From Trueperaceae bacterium (GTDB lineage Bacteria > Deinococcota > Deinococci > Deinococcales > Trueperaceae), in NCBI GenBank assembly GCA_965215565.1, contig CBDCDZ010000004.1:2464001-2528000 (forward strand): a stretch of 64,000 nt of DNA. Direction: 5' to 3'. The notes under the pieces were generated by a model. It did not search any database. It had not been told where the DNA came from and saw only the letters and a program-made list of their open reading frames with translations. Positions within the stretch are counted from its first letter, which is position 1; every line of letters begins with the position of its first letter. Below are positions 19,566-28,651 of the stretch, one piece after another. The translations under genes and the position numbers were made by a program.

Positions 19566-20039
19566 ATGCGCAAAAGATTTTTATTTTTCGTTCTCGTAGT
19601 TTTAGGTTTAGCCAACGTCGCAGCGGCGCAAAGAAGTAGCAGCCACGACGTTAGCCTCAGCATCCCCAACATTCTCAGACTCAAAATTGACGATAGCGCG
19701 ACTCAAGACCGAGCGGACGTCGGTATCGACATTCGCGTGTCGAGCGGCGCGTTCGAAATCGCGCCTGCGGGTAGCAGCGTCCGGGTCATGGCGAACAGCG
19801 CGTGGCAGCTCTCCGCGAGCTACGTCCCAGCGAGCGAAGCGGACGCGGCGGCGCAGCTTATGTGGCGAGCCGAAGCGGATGAAAGCGGCTGGGAGCGCTT
19901 CACCTCTTATCCGCAGATCGTCGAACGCGGCGAGAATACGAGGGGCTGGCAGAATTTTGATCTTCGCTACGGGCTCCAGAGCCTACCAGCGGACGGGCAC
20001 TACCAGGGTACGGTGACCTATACGGTGACGCGCCCCTAA
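19566..20039 (+). CDS. Secreted pilin-like protein (minor subunit candidate)
   Basis: Start inferred at MRKRFLFF (Sec signal ending AAA); mature QRSSSHDVSLSIPNILRLKI; C-terminus GHYQGTVTYTVTRP. Confidence 0.7.
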   Translation: MRKRFLFFVLVVLGLANVAAAQRSSSHDVSLSIPNILRLKIDDSATQDRADVGIDIRVSSGAFEIAPAGSSVRVMANSAWQLSASYVPASEADAAAQLMWRAEADESGWERFTSYPQIVERGENTRGWQNFDLRYGLQSLPADGHYQGTVTYTVTRP

Positions 20040-20419
20040 TAAGGTACTACCCAGAATTTTGAATAGAAGCGCGAGGAGCTAAGCTCTATCTAAGCTTAGC
20101 CCCTTCTCGAGACCTCTTCTCGAAACTTATACCTCTATCATCGGGGCAACCCTTTCACGCTCCAAGGTGCATAGCGTTTCGCAAGACCTTCTTGAGACGC
20201 TACAACCTCTTGCAAATTGAGCTAGCTAAGGCGCTCCGAACGCGGCGACTTTTCGTGATATTTTTACACCTTTGAGCGGTTCCCTTCCGCGCGAACTTAG
20301 TGGAGTTTTTAACGTCTCTGAGCCACTTTCTTGTCAGAATTTTGTAAGAGCAAATCCGTATACTAATTTTAGTTAAACGCTCCTCCGCAACCCCAAATTC
20401 ACCCACGCGGAGGGTTCCT

Positions 20420-20492
20420 TTCGGAAGCGATGAAGTCTTGACCCGTACTTGGGCGCTTGGGCAAGATGGAGCTAGTAGCGCAACCGGCCGAA
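20420..20492 (+). ncRNA. c-di-GMP-II riboswitch aptamer (copy 3)
   Basis: P1 TTCGG/CCGAA; GGAAGCGATGA; P3 GTCTTG/CAAGAT; TGGGCGCT...GAGCTAGTAGCGCAACCGGCC; ends about 9 nt before the GGAGG RBS. Confidence 0.88.
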
Positions 20493-20512
20493 CCTATTCC
20501 GGGAGGAATACA

Positions 20513-21040
20513 ATGAAGAAAGTTTTTGGTTTACTCGCAGCCGCAGCCGTCCTCAGCACCAGCGTCGCCTTTGCTCAAGAGCAGCAGAGCCACGAAGTCG
20601 AGATTAAAATCCCGGACGTCTTAGGTATCCGCTTGACGAATGGAAACAGCAACGACGCAGTCGCTGAACCCACCGCTGTCTCCTTCATCTTAAATGACGG
20701 TCAGCTATCGTTCGACGGCGGTACGTTTAATCCAAGCAACTTAGGTGAGGGTAACTGGGACGACGTCAAGGTGTTCTCTAACCAATCCGGCTTCGACGTC
20801 AAGGTAGGCGTTGCGAACGGTCTCAGCTTCGACTGGACCAAAGTATCGGTTGCAGCAGACGGCTTAGCCAGCCCGTTCACCTTAGGCGCACTCAACCCTA
20901 ACATCATCACGAGTGCCGCAAAGACAAATGCGTGGACGAGCTTAGGCTTCGGTCCCGACGACTTCAAGCTCACGCTCGACGGCTCTGAAGATGCGGGCGA
21001 CTACAGCACCGAAGTAACCTACACCATCTCCCTTCCTTAA
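20513..21040 (+). CDS. Secreted pilin-like protein (major subunit candidate)
   Basis: GGGAGG RBS then ATG 20513; signal MKKVFGLLAAAAVLSTSVAFA; mature QEQQSHEVEIKIPDVLGIRL; C-terminus DGSEDAGDYSTEVTYTISLP; has its own riboswitch and a downstream hairpin. Confidence 0.8.
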   Translation: MKKVFGLLAAAAVLSTSVAFAQEQQSHEVEIKIPDVLGIRLTNGNSNDAVAEPTAVSFILNDGQLSFDGGTFNPSNLGEGNWDDVKVFSNQSGFDVKVGVANGLSFDWTKVSVAADGLASPFTLGALNPNIITSAAKTNAWTSLGFGPDDFKLTLDGSEDAGDYSTEVTYTISLP

Positions 21041-21060
21041 AACTAGCTAGATTCAAGGTC

Positions 21061-21083
21061 AGCCGCCGCATCTTGCGGCGGCT
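21061..21083 (+). terminator. Stem-loop after the major pilin-like gene (attenuator or stabiliser)
   Basis: AGCCGCCGCA-tct-TGCGGCGGCT with a weak U-tail. Confidence 0.55.
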
Positions 21084-21110
21084 ATCTTATCGTGAAAGGG
21101 GGAAGCTGTA

Positions 21111-21761
21111 ATGACACAGTTGCCATACGCTCGAGCTAAGCGTCTAAGACTCGCCAGAGCGTTCGCTTGTCTCGTCCTCATCTGCGCCGCACTCCACATG
21201 TCACTCGCCTCCGCGCAACAGGCTGACCATAAGACCGAGGTGTACATACCGAGCTACCTGGGCATCCGTATCATCAATGACGCCGGTGCCGCGCGCGGCT
21301 CGCCCGCGGTCAACTTCGACTACACTTCGGACGTGTCGGCTTACACGGACGCCTACAAAGGACCAGGGTACATAGGCGCTTCGGAGGTCACTGACTTTGC
21401 CGACGTGCAGGTGTCGGTACGTACCGGCTTCGCGTTTCCACTGTGGTACGTAACCGCTCAAGCGTCGCCGCTAGCCTACGAAGGTAGTCAGGGAGGTGCG
21501 GGACTTACTTTGGGAGATATCGAAGTGGTGCGTGGCTCGGTTTCTGGTCTCAACCAAGGAGCAGTCGTAGGGGGGTTAGGGCGTGTATTCGACGCCTGGA
21601 CGCTCGCTGTCAATCCTCAGCCAGTCGCCTATAGCTTTATCGGAACCTACGGATGGCGGTCTCTAGGCTTTAACGGTCTGGACTACCGCGTGGCTGTAGA
21701 CGGCGACGAAGACCCAGGCGAATATTCCACAACGGTGACCTATGCAATTTTCTATCCTTAG
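21111..21761 (+). CDS. Secreted pilin-like protein (minor subunit candidate)
   Basis: Signal ending ASA; mature QQADHKTEVYIPSYLGIRI; GWRSLGF..DYRVAVDGDEDPGEYSTTVTYAIFYP parallels the 20513 protein. Confidence 0.75.
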   Translation: MTQLPYARAKRLRLARAFACLVLICAALHMSLASAQQADHKTEVYIPSYLGIRIINDAGAARGSPAVNFDYTSDVSAYTDAYKGPGYIGASEVTDFADVQVSVRTGFAFPLWYVTAQASPLAYEGSQGGAGLTLGDIEVVRGSVSGLNQGAVVGGLGRVFDAWTLAVNPQPVAYSFIGTYGWRSLGFNGLDYRVAVDGDEDPGEYSTTVTYAIFYP

Positions 21762-22545
21762 AGCTATGGTCACCTCTTCCGCGAGAACGCTCGCCTTCTC
21801 CATACTGACGCTGCTCTTGGCTTCTTTTGCCCAAGCGTCCGACATCGGTCTCTCTCCACCTCGTCTCGCTCTCACAGGCAGCCCGGGGCAAACGCTCACC
21901 GAAACCATCATCTTAGTGACGGATAGCTCAGCGCCGCTACAAGTCAGCACGGAGATCAGCGACTGGACGCTCGACGCGACGGGCAACATCACCTTTTTAC
22001 CGGCGAACAGCTTAGAGCATAGCGCCGCCAACTGGATAAGCTTGGAGAGCACGGACTTTCTCTTGGAGCCCGACTCGAGCCGCGAACTGCGCGTCTCCGT
22101 CACGATTCCGCCTGACGCCAAAGGCGGCACCTATCACGACATGGTGTTCTTCCGCGTGGTGCCGCCCGAGTCAGTTCTTTCGGGCGTCGGCGTCGTGACC
22201 ACGACGCGCATCGGTCTGACGGTCTACATCACGGTGGCGGGCTCGGAGCAAAACAGCGCTGAAGTGGTGGACTTTTTTCAGCAGGACGAAGCCTCACTCA
22301 TGCTAGCAGTCGCCAACACGGGCAACACGCTCATGCGCTTGGGTGGCAACGTCGAGCTGCGCGACGAGACGGGCGAGGTTAGGTACACCGTGGAGGTCCC
22401 TGACGTGCCAGTTCTCCGCGACAGCGAGCGCGAGGTCTTACTTCCCTTGCCAGAAGTGGACGCGGGCTTCTACGTCGCTTTAGCGCTGATCCAGGACAGC
22501 CGGGGCGAACTGCTCGTGGCAGAGCTGCCGATCTCGGTTCCGTGA
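21742..22545 (+). CDS. Periplasmic pilus-assembly chaperone-like protein (PapD/DUF916-like)
   Basis: Signal peptide; SPPRL, DW.L..G, NWI, V.IP.DAKGGTYHDMVFF, RIGLTVY and NTGN motifs of two-Ig-domain chaperones; alternative start 21766. Confidence 0.7.
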   Translation: MQFSILRAMVTSSARTLAFSILTLLLASFAQASDIGLSPPRLALTGSPGQTLTETIILVTDSSAPLQVSTEISDWTLDATGNITFLPANSLEHSAANWISLESTDFLLEPDSSRELRVSVTIPPDAKGGTYHDMVFFRVVPPESVLSGVGVVTTTRIGLTVYITVAGSEQNSAEVVDFFQQDEASLMLAVANTGNTLMRLGGNVELRDETGEVRYTVEVPDVPVLRDSEREVLLPLPEVDAGFYVALALIQDSRGELLVAELPISVP

Positions 22546-23465
22546 AGATTGCGGCGAAAAGGCTAAGTGTCTGCTTAGCCTTTTTATGCTTTCTCTGCAC
22601 GCTATGTACGCTGAACCTAGCTGACGCGCAGAGGCTCCGCTTTCGCTCGTCCGGGCTCGTCACCTTCGCGCCGACGAGCGAGGTCTATTTGACGGCGCTG
22701 GGCGGCACCCTCGAGCCCGAATCCTCGAGCCCGGACGTTCGTATGCGCGTCGACAAGAGCCGCCGCTTTACCCTCAGCGTCGAGCCTACGCCTCGTCCGA
22801 GCGGCGCGCCCGAGTTACAGGCGCGCTACACCTTTACGACGAAAAGAGACGGCACGACAGTGACCCCCTGGCTACCGCTCAACGCTCCTTTTCAAAGCAC
22901 CTTTTCAAATATAGATAGACGCATGGACGTAAGTGTGGCGTACCGCGTACGGCTCACGGGTCAAGAGGTCGCGGGCAGCTATACGGTTGCGCTGACGTAC
23001 CGCGCGAACGATTCATCGGTGCGGCACGAGGTCCGCGTGGTCATCCCTACCGCAACGGCGCTGCGCTTAGATACCTCGCTCGTCACGGCGCAGAACGCCT
23101 TGCTCGACTTCGATTACGGCGGCGCGAACCTCAAAGCGTACTTGCGGGCTGTTGAAGCGCGCTCGCCTCTGAGCGCGACAGCGGATAACTTTCGCGCGCT
23201 CGAGGTCTTCAGCAACCACCCCCGGGGCTACACGGTCACAGTCGAAGTTGCGCAGCAAGACATCTCGCCTGGTGGCGACACGCTCGCCGATAGGCTCTAC
23301 CTCGCCGGGCAGCCCGCGAGGGGGCGGCGTTTTGTCAGCACGTCGCCGACGTACGGGTTCGAGCCGCTCATCTCGCCAGATGACTTCGCACTGCGCGTGG
23401 ACGGGCTCGAGGACCCCGGCCGCTATACCTTCCGCCTAACCTACGACGCGCGAGCGAACCCTTAG
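22542..23465 (+). CDS. Secreted two-domain pilin-like protein (tip candidate)
   Basis: GTGA overlap with the chaperone gene; two C-terminal-type motifs (GQEVAGSYTVALTY, GLEDPGRYTFRLTY) with an internal HEVRVVIPTATALRL. Confidence 0.7.
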   Translation: MKIAAKRLSVCLAFLCFLCTLCTLNLADAQRLRFRSSGLVTFAPTSEVYLTALGGTLEPESSSPDVRMRVDKSRRFTLSVEPTPRPSGAPELQARYTFTTKRDGTTVTPWLPLNAPFQSTFSNIDRRMDVSVAYRVRLTGQEVAGSYTVALTYRANDSSVRHEVRVVIPTATALRLDTSLVTAQNALLDFDYGGANLKAYLRAVEARSPLSATADNFRALEVFSNHPRGYTVTVEVAQQDISPGGDTLADRLYLAGQPARGRRFVSTSPTYGFEPLISPDDFALRVDGLEDPGRYTFRLTYDARANP

Positions 23466-23727
23466 GCTCACAAAAATGCCGCTTTATTCCCCGAGAGCGT
23501 CTACTCATGTTCGGGGGATATTCGAACATTTATCAAAAGACGCATAGCAGCCTAACTCAGTGGCTCTATCAAAAGTGGAGCCGAGTCGTCCCGCTCCTTA
23601 GAGGAAACCGAAATGCGCTGAGAGAATGACTGTTTGCCCTTTGCGAGCCCAACGATCCGTTTCCTCTGCATATCATGAACCTCTCAGCTCACCGCCGAGA
23701 AGTCCGCCTCCTACCGCAAGAGGTTCC

Positions 23728-26700
23728 CTAATCCGGCGCGTTCAGCACCCGCACCCTGCGCGTCTGCTCGACTACCGTGCCGTCCTCTCTCGTGGCGAGA
23801 AAGAGAAGGTCGTAGACGGCGTCATCGGCAGCGGCGACGACAGGGAGCTGCGCTTCGTATCGCCCCGGCTCGACTTCGGTGAGTTGCACGTCGCCTAGGG
23901 GGCTTTGCACGCTCACGTCAGCCGCTCCGAAAAGGGGTGTAGCGGAGAGGTCTAAGGCTTCTCCAGCGCGCACCGGACCGTCAGCGGCGGCGTCTAAAAG
24001 TGCGATGTCGGGGTCAATCACGAGCTGGCCCCGGCGGCTCGCCGTTTCAGCGCCGCGCCGCGCGCTGACCTCGAAGGGGTAGACGCCGGGCGGAGTGTCT
24101 TGAGGCACTACGACGCGCCCAAGCCACACATCGCCCCGCAGCGAGAGGCTGCTTGGGCCCGCTGCCGCGCTCACGCTCACCTCGTCCGCGTCGCCTTGAA
24201 CCCTCACGCTGACGAGCGGCGCAGCGCCGGGCGGAACGCGCTCGGTATCCAGCGTGACGCGGCGCACGCGCAGCGCCGACGAGCCGAAACTCCGCGCTCT
24301 AGTGCGGGCGGGCTGCAGCAGAAAGGTGACCTCGGTGACTTCGCCTGCTCGCATCGCGAGTTCGCGCGCGCTTTCGGCTATAAGGATGCTGCCAACAGGA
24401 TAGCTCATGAGTTGCAACGTTCCTTCGCCGGGCAGGAGACCTCTCGCCGAAAAGTTGCCCTGCTCGTCCGTGTTGAGCGAGCGGTAGAGCCCTTCAGGGT
24501 CGACGAGGAGCAGCCGGGCGGCTAAGCCGCGCGCGGGCGTGTCGGCGACGCCGTCCGCATCCGCGTCCTCGAGCACCCGCCCTCTAAGCGCCGCCGTCCG
24601 CACGAGGCGGAAGTCGTGCGTCGCCGTCTCCCTGAGCGCCACCTCCACGGAGACCGCATCCTCGCCCAACAAGCGGTAGGTGATCGGCAGACTTCCTAGC
24701 TCGAGGTTCACCTTATAGGTGCCGGGCGCAACTTCGGCGTGGTAGCGTCCCTCTTTGTCGGTCAGCAGCCTAAAGCGCCCGACTTTCACCTCAGCGCCCG
24801 CGAGCGGACCCGCGTCCGAGCGCACGACGCCCCCCACGCTACCGACGCGGCGACCTCCAGCAAGCTCGCTCACCGCGCGCGGCACGGGGATGTCGAAGGC
24901 GTAGTCGCTCGAGAGAGACAGCCCGAACGTCAAGGGCGCAGTGGCGTCCGCCGCGTAGCTGTAGCTCGCGTTGCCCGCCACGTCGACGCGCCACGGTCCG
25001 CTGTACCAGACCGTTCCTGCGTTGAGCCCTAGCTGCTTTTCGGAGAGGTTCCAGGTGCCGTTGCCAAAGAGCGTAAGCGGCGTGAACGTCGTCTGCAGTT
25101 TGAGGTCAAACTGACCGTCTAGGTGCGCGGTGCGCGGATAGTAGGTCAGATTACCGCCGAAGCTGTAGTAGTCTTCGCGGCTCTGCGACAGGCGCGCCGA
25201 CGCGCCTAAGCCGAGCCCGTCCGCGCCGTACACCACACCGAAGCGCGACTCCGTGCGCCACACTCGGGCGAGAGGTCCGTCGTCATACTGCAGCCTCGCG
25301 AAACCCTGCTGAGAGCCTATCTCTAAGCCTAACGTAAATTCACCGAGCGCAGACGGCACCTCACCGAGAACGGCGTCAAAGATAGAGTCAAGCACCAAAC
25401 GGTCCTGCAGACCGACGCTCCACTGCGCCTCGGTAGCGCTACCAGGGGGCGTCTCGTCTGAGGCGTCCTCACCGTTAGACTCTTCGCCGTCAGACCCTTC
25501 ACTAGAAGGTCCCTCGCTTAGAAACCAGTTGCCGCTGGCGTAGAGGTGCTCGCTCGCCCCATAAAGGTCAAGGCGTGCGGAGAGCGCCGCGTCTTCACCC
25601 AGGAACTGTGCGAGTTTGAACTGGCCCTCGAGCGTCCCTATGGAGGAGACGGTTTCCGCCTCGAGAGACAGATCGAGGGCGTCACCGTAGCGAGCGTTCC
25701 CTGCCAAGCTGAACGTGCCCAGGTCAGCGCCGCCCCGCACGCTGACCTGCACGCCGCCCCTTTCGACGCCGAGCCCGCCCGCCACCGCGACGTCTTCATC
25801 TCGGTACTCGCCCGCCAGATAGCCCGATGCGGTGTCCGTCAGCCCGCCCAACGCGCCCGCTACCGACCAGCGCGGCGCATAATAACTTCCCGACACGCCG
25901 ACGCCCGCTGTCAGACTCAAGCGATAAGGATCACTCGCGCCGCCGCCTAATTTTGCCGTCCAAGCTTCGTGGGTGAGCGAAGCGTAAGAACTCAGCGCGT
26001 CTTTAGCGTCCAGCCTCGCGTTCAAGGTCACGAAGTCGGAGAGGGAGCCCTCCACATTGAGTCCACCTCTCCACCCTTCGGTACCCAAGCTCGCGGAGGC
26101 GTCCGCTGCCAGCGCGAAGGGCGGCGGCTGCGGCGTGCCGAAGCGCGTCACCGAGAGCGTTTTGCGAACCTCCGTACCCTCTCTATCCTGCGCCGTTAAA
26201 ACGAGCGTATAGCGTCCTTCGCGCGGCACCTCGAGCCGCAAATCCAGCCGCTCCTGCGGCGCAAGCTCGCGCTCACGCGCCGCTAAAACCTCGTCTCTTT
26301 GGCGCAGCTCGAGGCGCGCTTGACTCCTCACATTACCCCGGTTGATGAGCGTGACGCTAAACCCCTCACTCAGCACGATTGCCTCGGGCGCTTCTAAATC
26401 CAACGATAAGCGCTCGCTCACGGTGACGCCGGTCTGAGCTTCGCTGCCGCCAAGCTCGAGCGTCACAATATTCTCTGTAAAAGCGGGTGCGTCGTTAGGA
26501 ACAGCTAACGTGAGGGCAACCGGACGGCTCCGCCCCGGCTCCAACGTCAGCGTGCCGGGCTGACGCAAGATTTGCCAGCCCAAAGACGAACGCGCCTCCG
26601 CCTCGACCTTCAGCGACTCCGCTCCCGGCGTCTGCGCGCGCGGAGCTTCTACGCGGAAAACCAGGGTTACGTAGTCACCTGGCGCGGCGAAACGGCTGTT

Positions 26701-26841
26701 GGGCGGCGTTAAGGTAAGAGACCCAGCTTGCGCCGCGCCGACGCCCGCCGAGATGAGAAGCCAAGCTAAGCTAAAAAAAACGAGGACGCGCCGCGCCGCT
26801 ACGCCTCTCCAGAAGAGCGTGACACCGAAAGCGCCCCTCAT
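23728..26841 (-). CDS. Large exported usher-like outer-membrane protein
   Basis: Signal peptide; N-terminal Ig-like segments; long amphipathic beta-strand region rich in G/Y/W; C-terminal carboxypeptidase-regulatory/SdrD-B-like modules (LRGRVLEDADADG); converges on the pilin operon. Confidence 0.6.
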   Translation of the reverse strand: MRGAFGVTLFWRGVAARRVLVFFSLAWLLISAGVGAAQAGSLTLTPPNSRFAAPGDYVTLVFRVEAPRAQTPGAESLKVEAEARSSLGWQILRQPGTLTLEPGRSRPVALTLAVPNDAPAFTENIVTLELGGSEAQTGVTVSERLSLDLEAPEAIVLSEGFSVTLINRGNVRSQARLELRQRDEVLAARERELAPQERLDLRLEVPREGRYTLVLTAQDREGTEVRKTLSVTRFGTPQPPPFALAADASASLGTEGWRGGLNVEGSLSDFVTLNARLDAKDALSSYASLTHEAWTAKLGGGASDPYRLSLTAGVGVSGSYYAPRWSVAGALGGLTDTASGYLAGEYRDEDVAVAGGLGVERGGVQVSVRGGADLGTFSLAGNARYGDALDLSLEAETVSSIGTLEGQFKLAQFLGEDAALSARLDLYGASEHLYASGNWFLSEGPSSEGSDGEESNGEDASDETPPGSATEAQWSVGLQDRLVLDSIFDAVLGEVPSALGEFTLGLEIGSQQGFARLQYDDGPLARVWRTESRFGVVYGADGLGLGASARLSQSREDYYSFGGNLTYYPRTAHLDGQFDLKLQTTFTPLTLFGNGTWNLSEKQLGLNAGTVWYSGPWRVDVAGNASYSYAADATAPLTFGLSLSSDYAFDIPVPRAVSELAGGRRVGSVGGVVRSDAGPLAGAEVKVGRFRLLTDKEGRYHAEVAPGTYKVNLELGSLPITYRLLGEDAVSVEVALRETATHDFRLVRTAALRGRVLEDADADGVADTPARGLAARLLLVDPEGLYRSLNTDEQGNFSARGLLPGEGTLQLMSYPVGSILIAESARELAMRAGEVTEVTFLLQPARTRARSFGSSALRVRRVTLDTERVPPGAAPLVSVRVQGDADEVSVSAAAGPSSLSLRGDVWLGRVVVPQDTPPGVYPFEVSARRGAETASRRGQLVIDPDIALLDAAADGPVRAGEALDLSATPLFGAADVSVQSPLGDVQLTEVEPGRYEAQLPVVAAADDAVYDLLFLATREDGTVVEQTRRVRVLNAPD

Positions 26842-27132
26842 CTTTGGAAAGCGCTAGTTGCGAACACGTGTAACCAAGAGGCAACAACATAAGGGGGCAC
26901 GTTACTAAGCTCCGCGACGCAGCTAAGAGCGCGACGAGCGTCCCAGGTGTTGCAGTTGGACGCATATAATAGGTAGGCGTAAGCACGCTGAAGCGCCGCT
27001 CTAAAGTTGGAGAAGATGAGCTTCGTCATAAGAAAACGCAGCCTAAGAGATACGCTTCCCTATATATAGCAACGCTGGCGCGCTACTCGCGTGAAGATTT
27101 GCCCCTTGCGGGGCGGGAATTTTACACTTTTA

Positions 27133-27292
27133 TAGCAAGCATCGTCTGGTTTGAGCTAGTCTTACATTAGAGAACATTGCGAGGTAAAGTCCCGCTAGCC
27201 TTAGCAGGCTGAGACTTTCGCCAGGATCAAAACTTCGTCTCTGCGAGCTTTCAAAAAGCGTGATTCAAGCTCAGTGTTTACGTGAACTGCTG
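27133..27292 (-). mobile_element. MITE-like repeat, degenerate inverted copy
   Basis: TAGCAAGCATCGTCTGGTTTGAG at the left and GCGTGATTCAAGCTCAGT...GAACTGCTG at the right (reverse complement of the ACTGAGCTTGAATCACGC block in the 19416 copy). Confidence 0.6.
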
Positions 27293-27419
27293 TATAGCTT
27301 TAGGCCATAGGACAAGTCGTAAACATGAGAAAGCGCGAGCATACAAACCTATCTATATACCCGTATAAATTTCACCCATAGCCCGAGCCGACGCCCCGGC
27401 TCTGAACTAAAGCAGGGGT

Positions 27420-27650
27420 TCAGACTGCAGAAACGAGTGCGAGTTGGCGCTCACATTCGGTTGCAAACGCGCCGCAAGCCTCGATGTCATCATGGGTCAG
27501 TTCGGGATAGCGTCTCAAAATGTCCTCTTCGCTTAGACCCGTGGCAAGGTAGCCCAGCACTTGATACACCGTGACCCTCGAGTTGCGAATACAGGGTTGA
27601 CCGCCTCGTTCATTCAGGTCGATAACAATATGATCTCTATAGTTAGTCAT
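27420..27650 (-). CDS. DUF433 domain protein (antitoxin-like)
   Basis: GGQPCIRNSRVTVYQVLGYLATG.SEEDIL..YPELT..DI.AC. Confidence 0.9.
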   Translation of the reverse strand: MTNYRDHIVIDLNERGGQPCIRNSRVTVYQVLGYLATGLSEEDILRRYPELTHDDIEACGAFATECERQLALVSAV

Positions 27651-27982
27651 TCACGCAAATCCAATCCGCTGCAGGAACTGAAAGGTTGGTTCGTTCACCA
27701 TTCAGAGTAAAGATTCTGCACCTTGCAGAATCATAATTTCATGGTGCATCATACGCATCTCATCTTTTAGAAATGTGATAGCTCTTCAATTTGCAACTTC
27801 AACGAACATACTGCGAAACGAACACCAAATGTGTCTTGAGCACCAAAGTAAAGTACACCACAGACCTCGGGGCGGTCACCGAGACAGAAGTTCGAGGGGT
27901 GGGAAGACTCACTTTCGTCTACATGATCGATCCAGAAGAGAATATCCTCGAGCTTCAGCGCTGGTCTTGAAGCATTAGGGTT

Positions 27983-28438
27983 TCAGAGTTTTTTCGTCAT
28001 AAATACGCTGTTGGGGTCATTGGTGTAGCCCGCGAACGGTCCCCGGTAGCCGAAGCCGCGCCTCTCGTACAGATCTCTCGCTGGCGCGAACTCCGGCTGA
28101 GACCCTGTTTCCAAATTTAGAGAGGTGTACCCGCGCCGCGCCGCTTCTCGGAGGATACGTTCTAGAATTTTAGAACCAACCCCTTTACCCCTATGCGCCG
28201 CAGCCGTGCGCATAGATTTGATTTCACCCGTTTGTGCGTCCAACGCTTTGAGCGCGCCGCAGCCGAGCAGTTCATCCTCTTCCCACGCGGACCAAAAGGT
28301 GACTTCAGGCGAGCGTAGCCCTCCAAGACCCAGCGCGTGGACGCTCTCGGGCGGCGAAATCGCGCGCATATTGTCGAGATGTTCTCGGAGAAAGGTGATG
28401 GTCCTCTCCCCGGTCAGATCGTCTTCGCGGATGTGCAC
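27983..28438 (-). CDS. GNAT acetyltransferase (YedL-like)
   Basis: SPPESVHAL, GCGALK, EIKSMRT, RGKGVG, LETGS and DPNSVFM motifs; start inferred at GTG 28438 after GAGGTG, because the longer ORF runs into a repeat. Confidence 0.9.
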   Translation of the reverse strand: MHIREDDLTGERTITFLREHLDNMRAISPPESVHALGLGGLRSPEVTFWSAWEEDELLGCGALKALDAQTGEIKSMRTAAAHRGKGVGSKILERILREAARRGYTSLNLETGSQPEFAPARDLYERRGFGYRGPFAGYTNDPNSVFMTKKL

Positions 28439-28477
28439 GCTGCTCACCTCTTCTGCTCGTCGGGCGTTTGTCCTAAA

Positions 28478-28651
28478 CTGCAGGTACCATCTGGTCTGAA
28501 ACACTCTTACTATGATGAACGGCGTTTCGTTCTGCGAAAACTCCGTCCCTACGGGCTTTCAGAAACTAGCACGTACATTATGAAGTGAGATTCCGTTACA
28601 GCAAGCTGTGAAATCTGCGTCCATCTACATCAGTATATTTTGGAAATGCTA
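28478..28651 (-). mobile_element. MITE-like repeat, inverted copy
   Basis: GCAGGTACCATCTGGTCTGAAACACTCTTACT...CTAGCACGTAC...CAGTATATTTTGGAAATGCTA; closely resembles 11973-12152. Confidence 0.7.

Noticed and set aside
20438..20512. ORF-track N-terminal extension of the major pilin (similar extensions at 19536, 42033, 53818, 18812, 28504, 56645, 59075)
   Set aside because: These overlap riboswitches, repeats or upstream genes; downstream starts have an RBS, signal peptide or family-typical N-terminus
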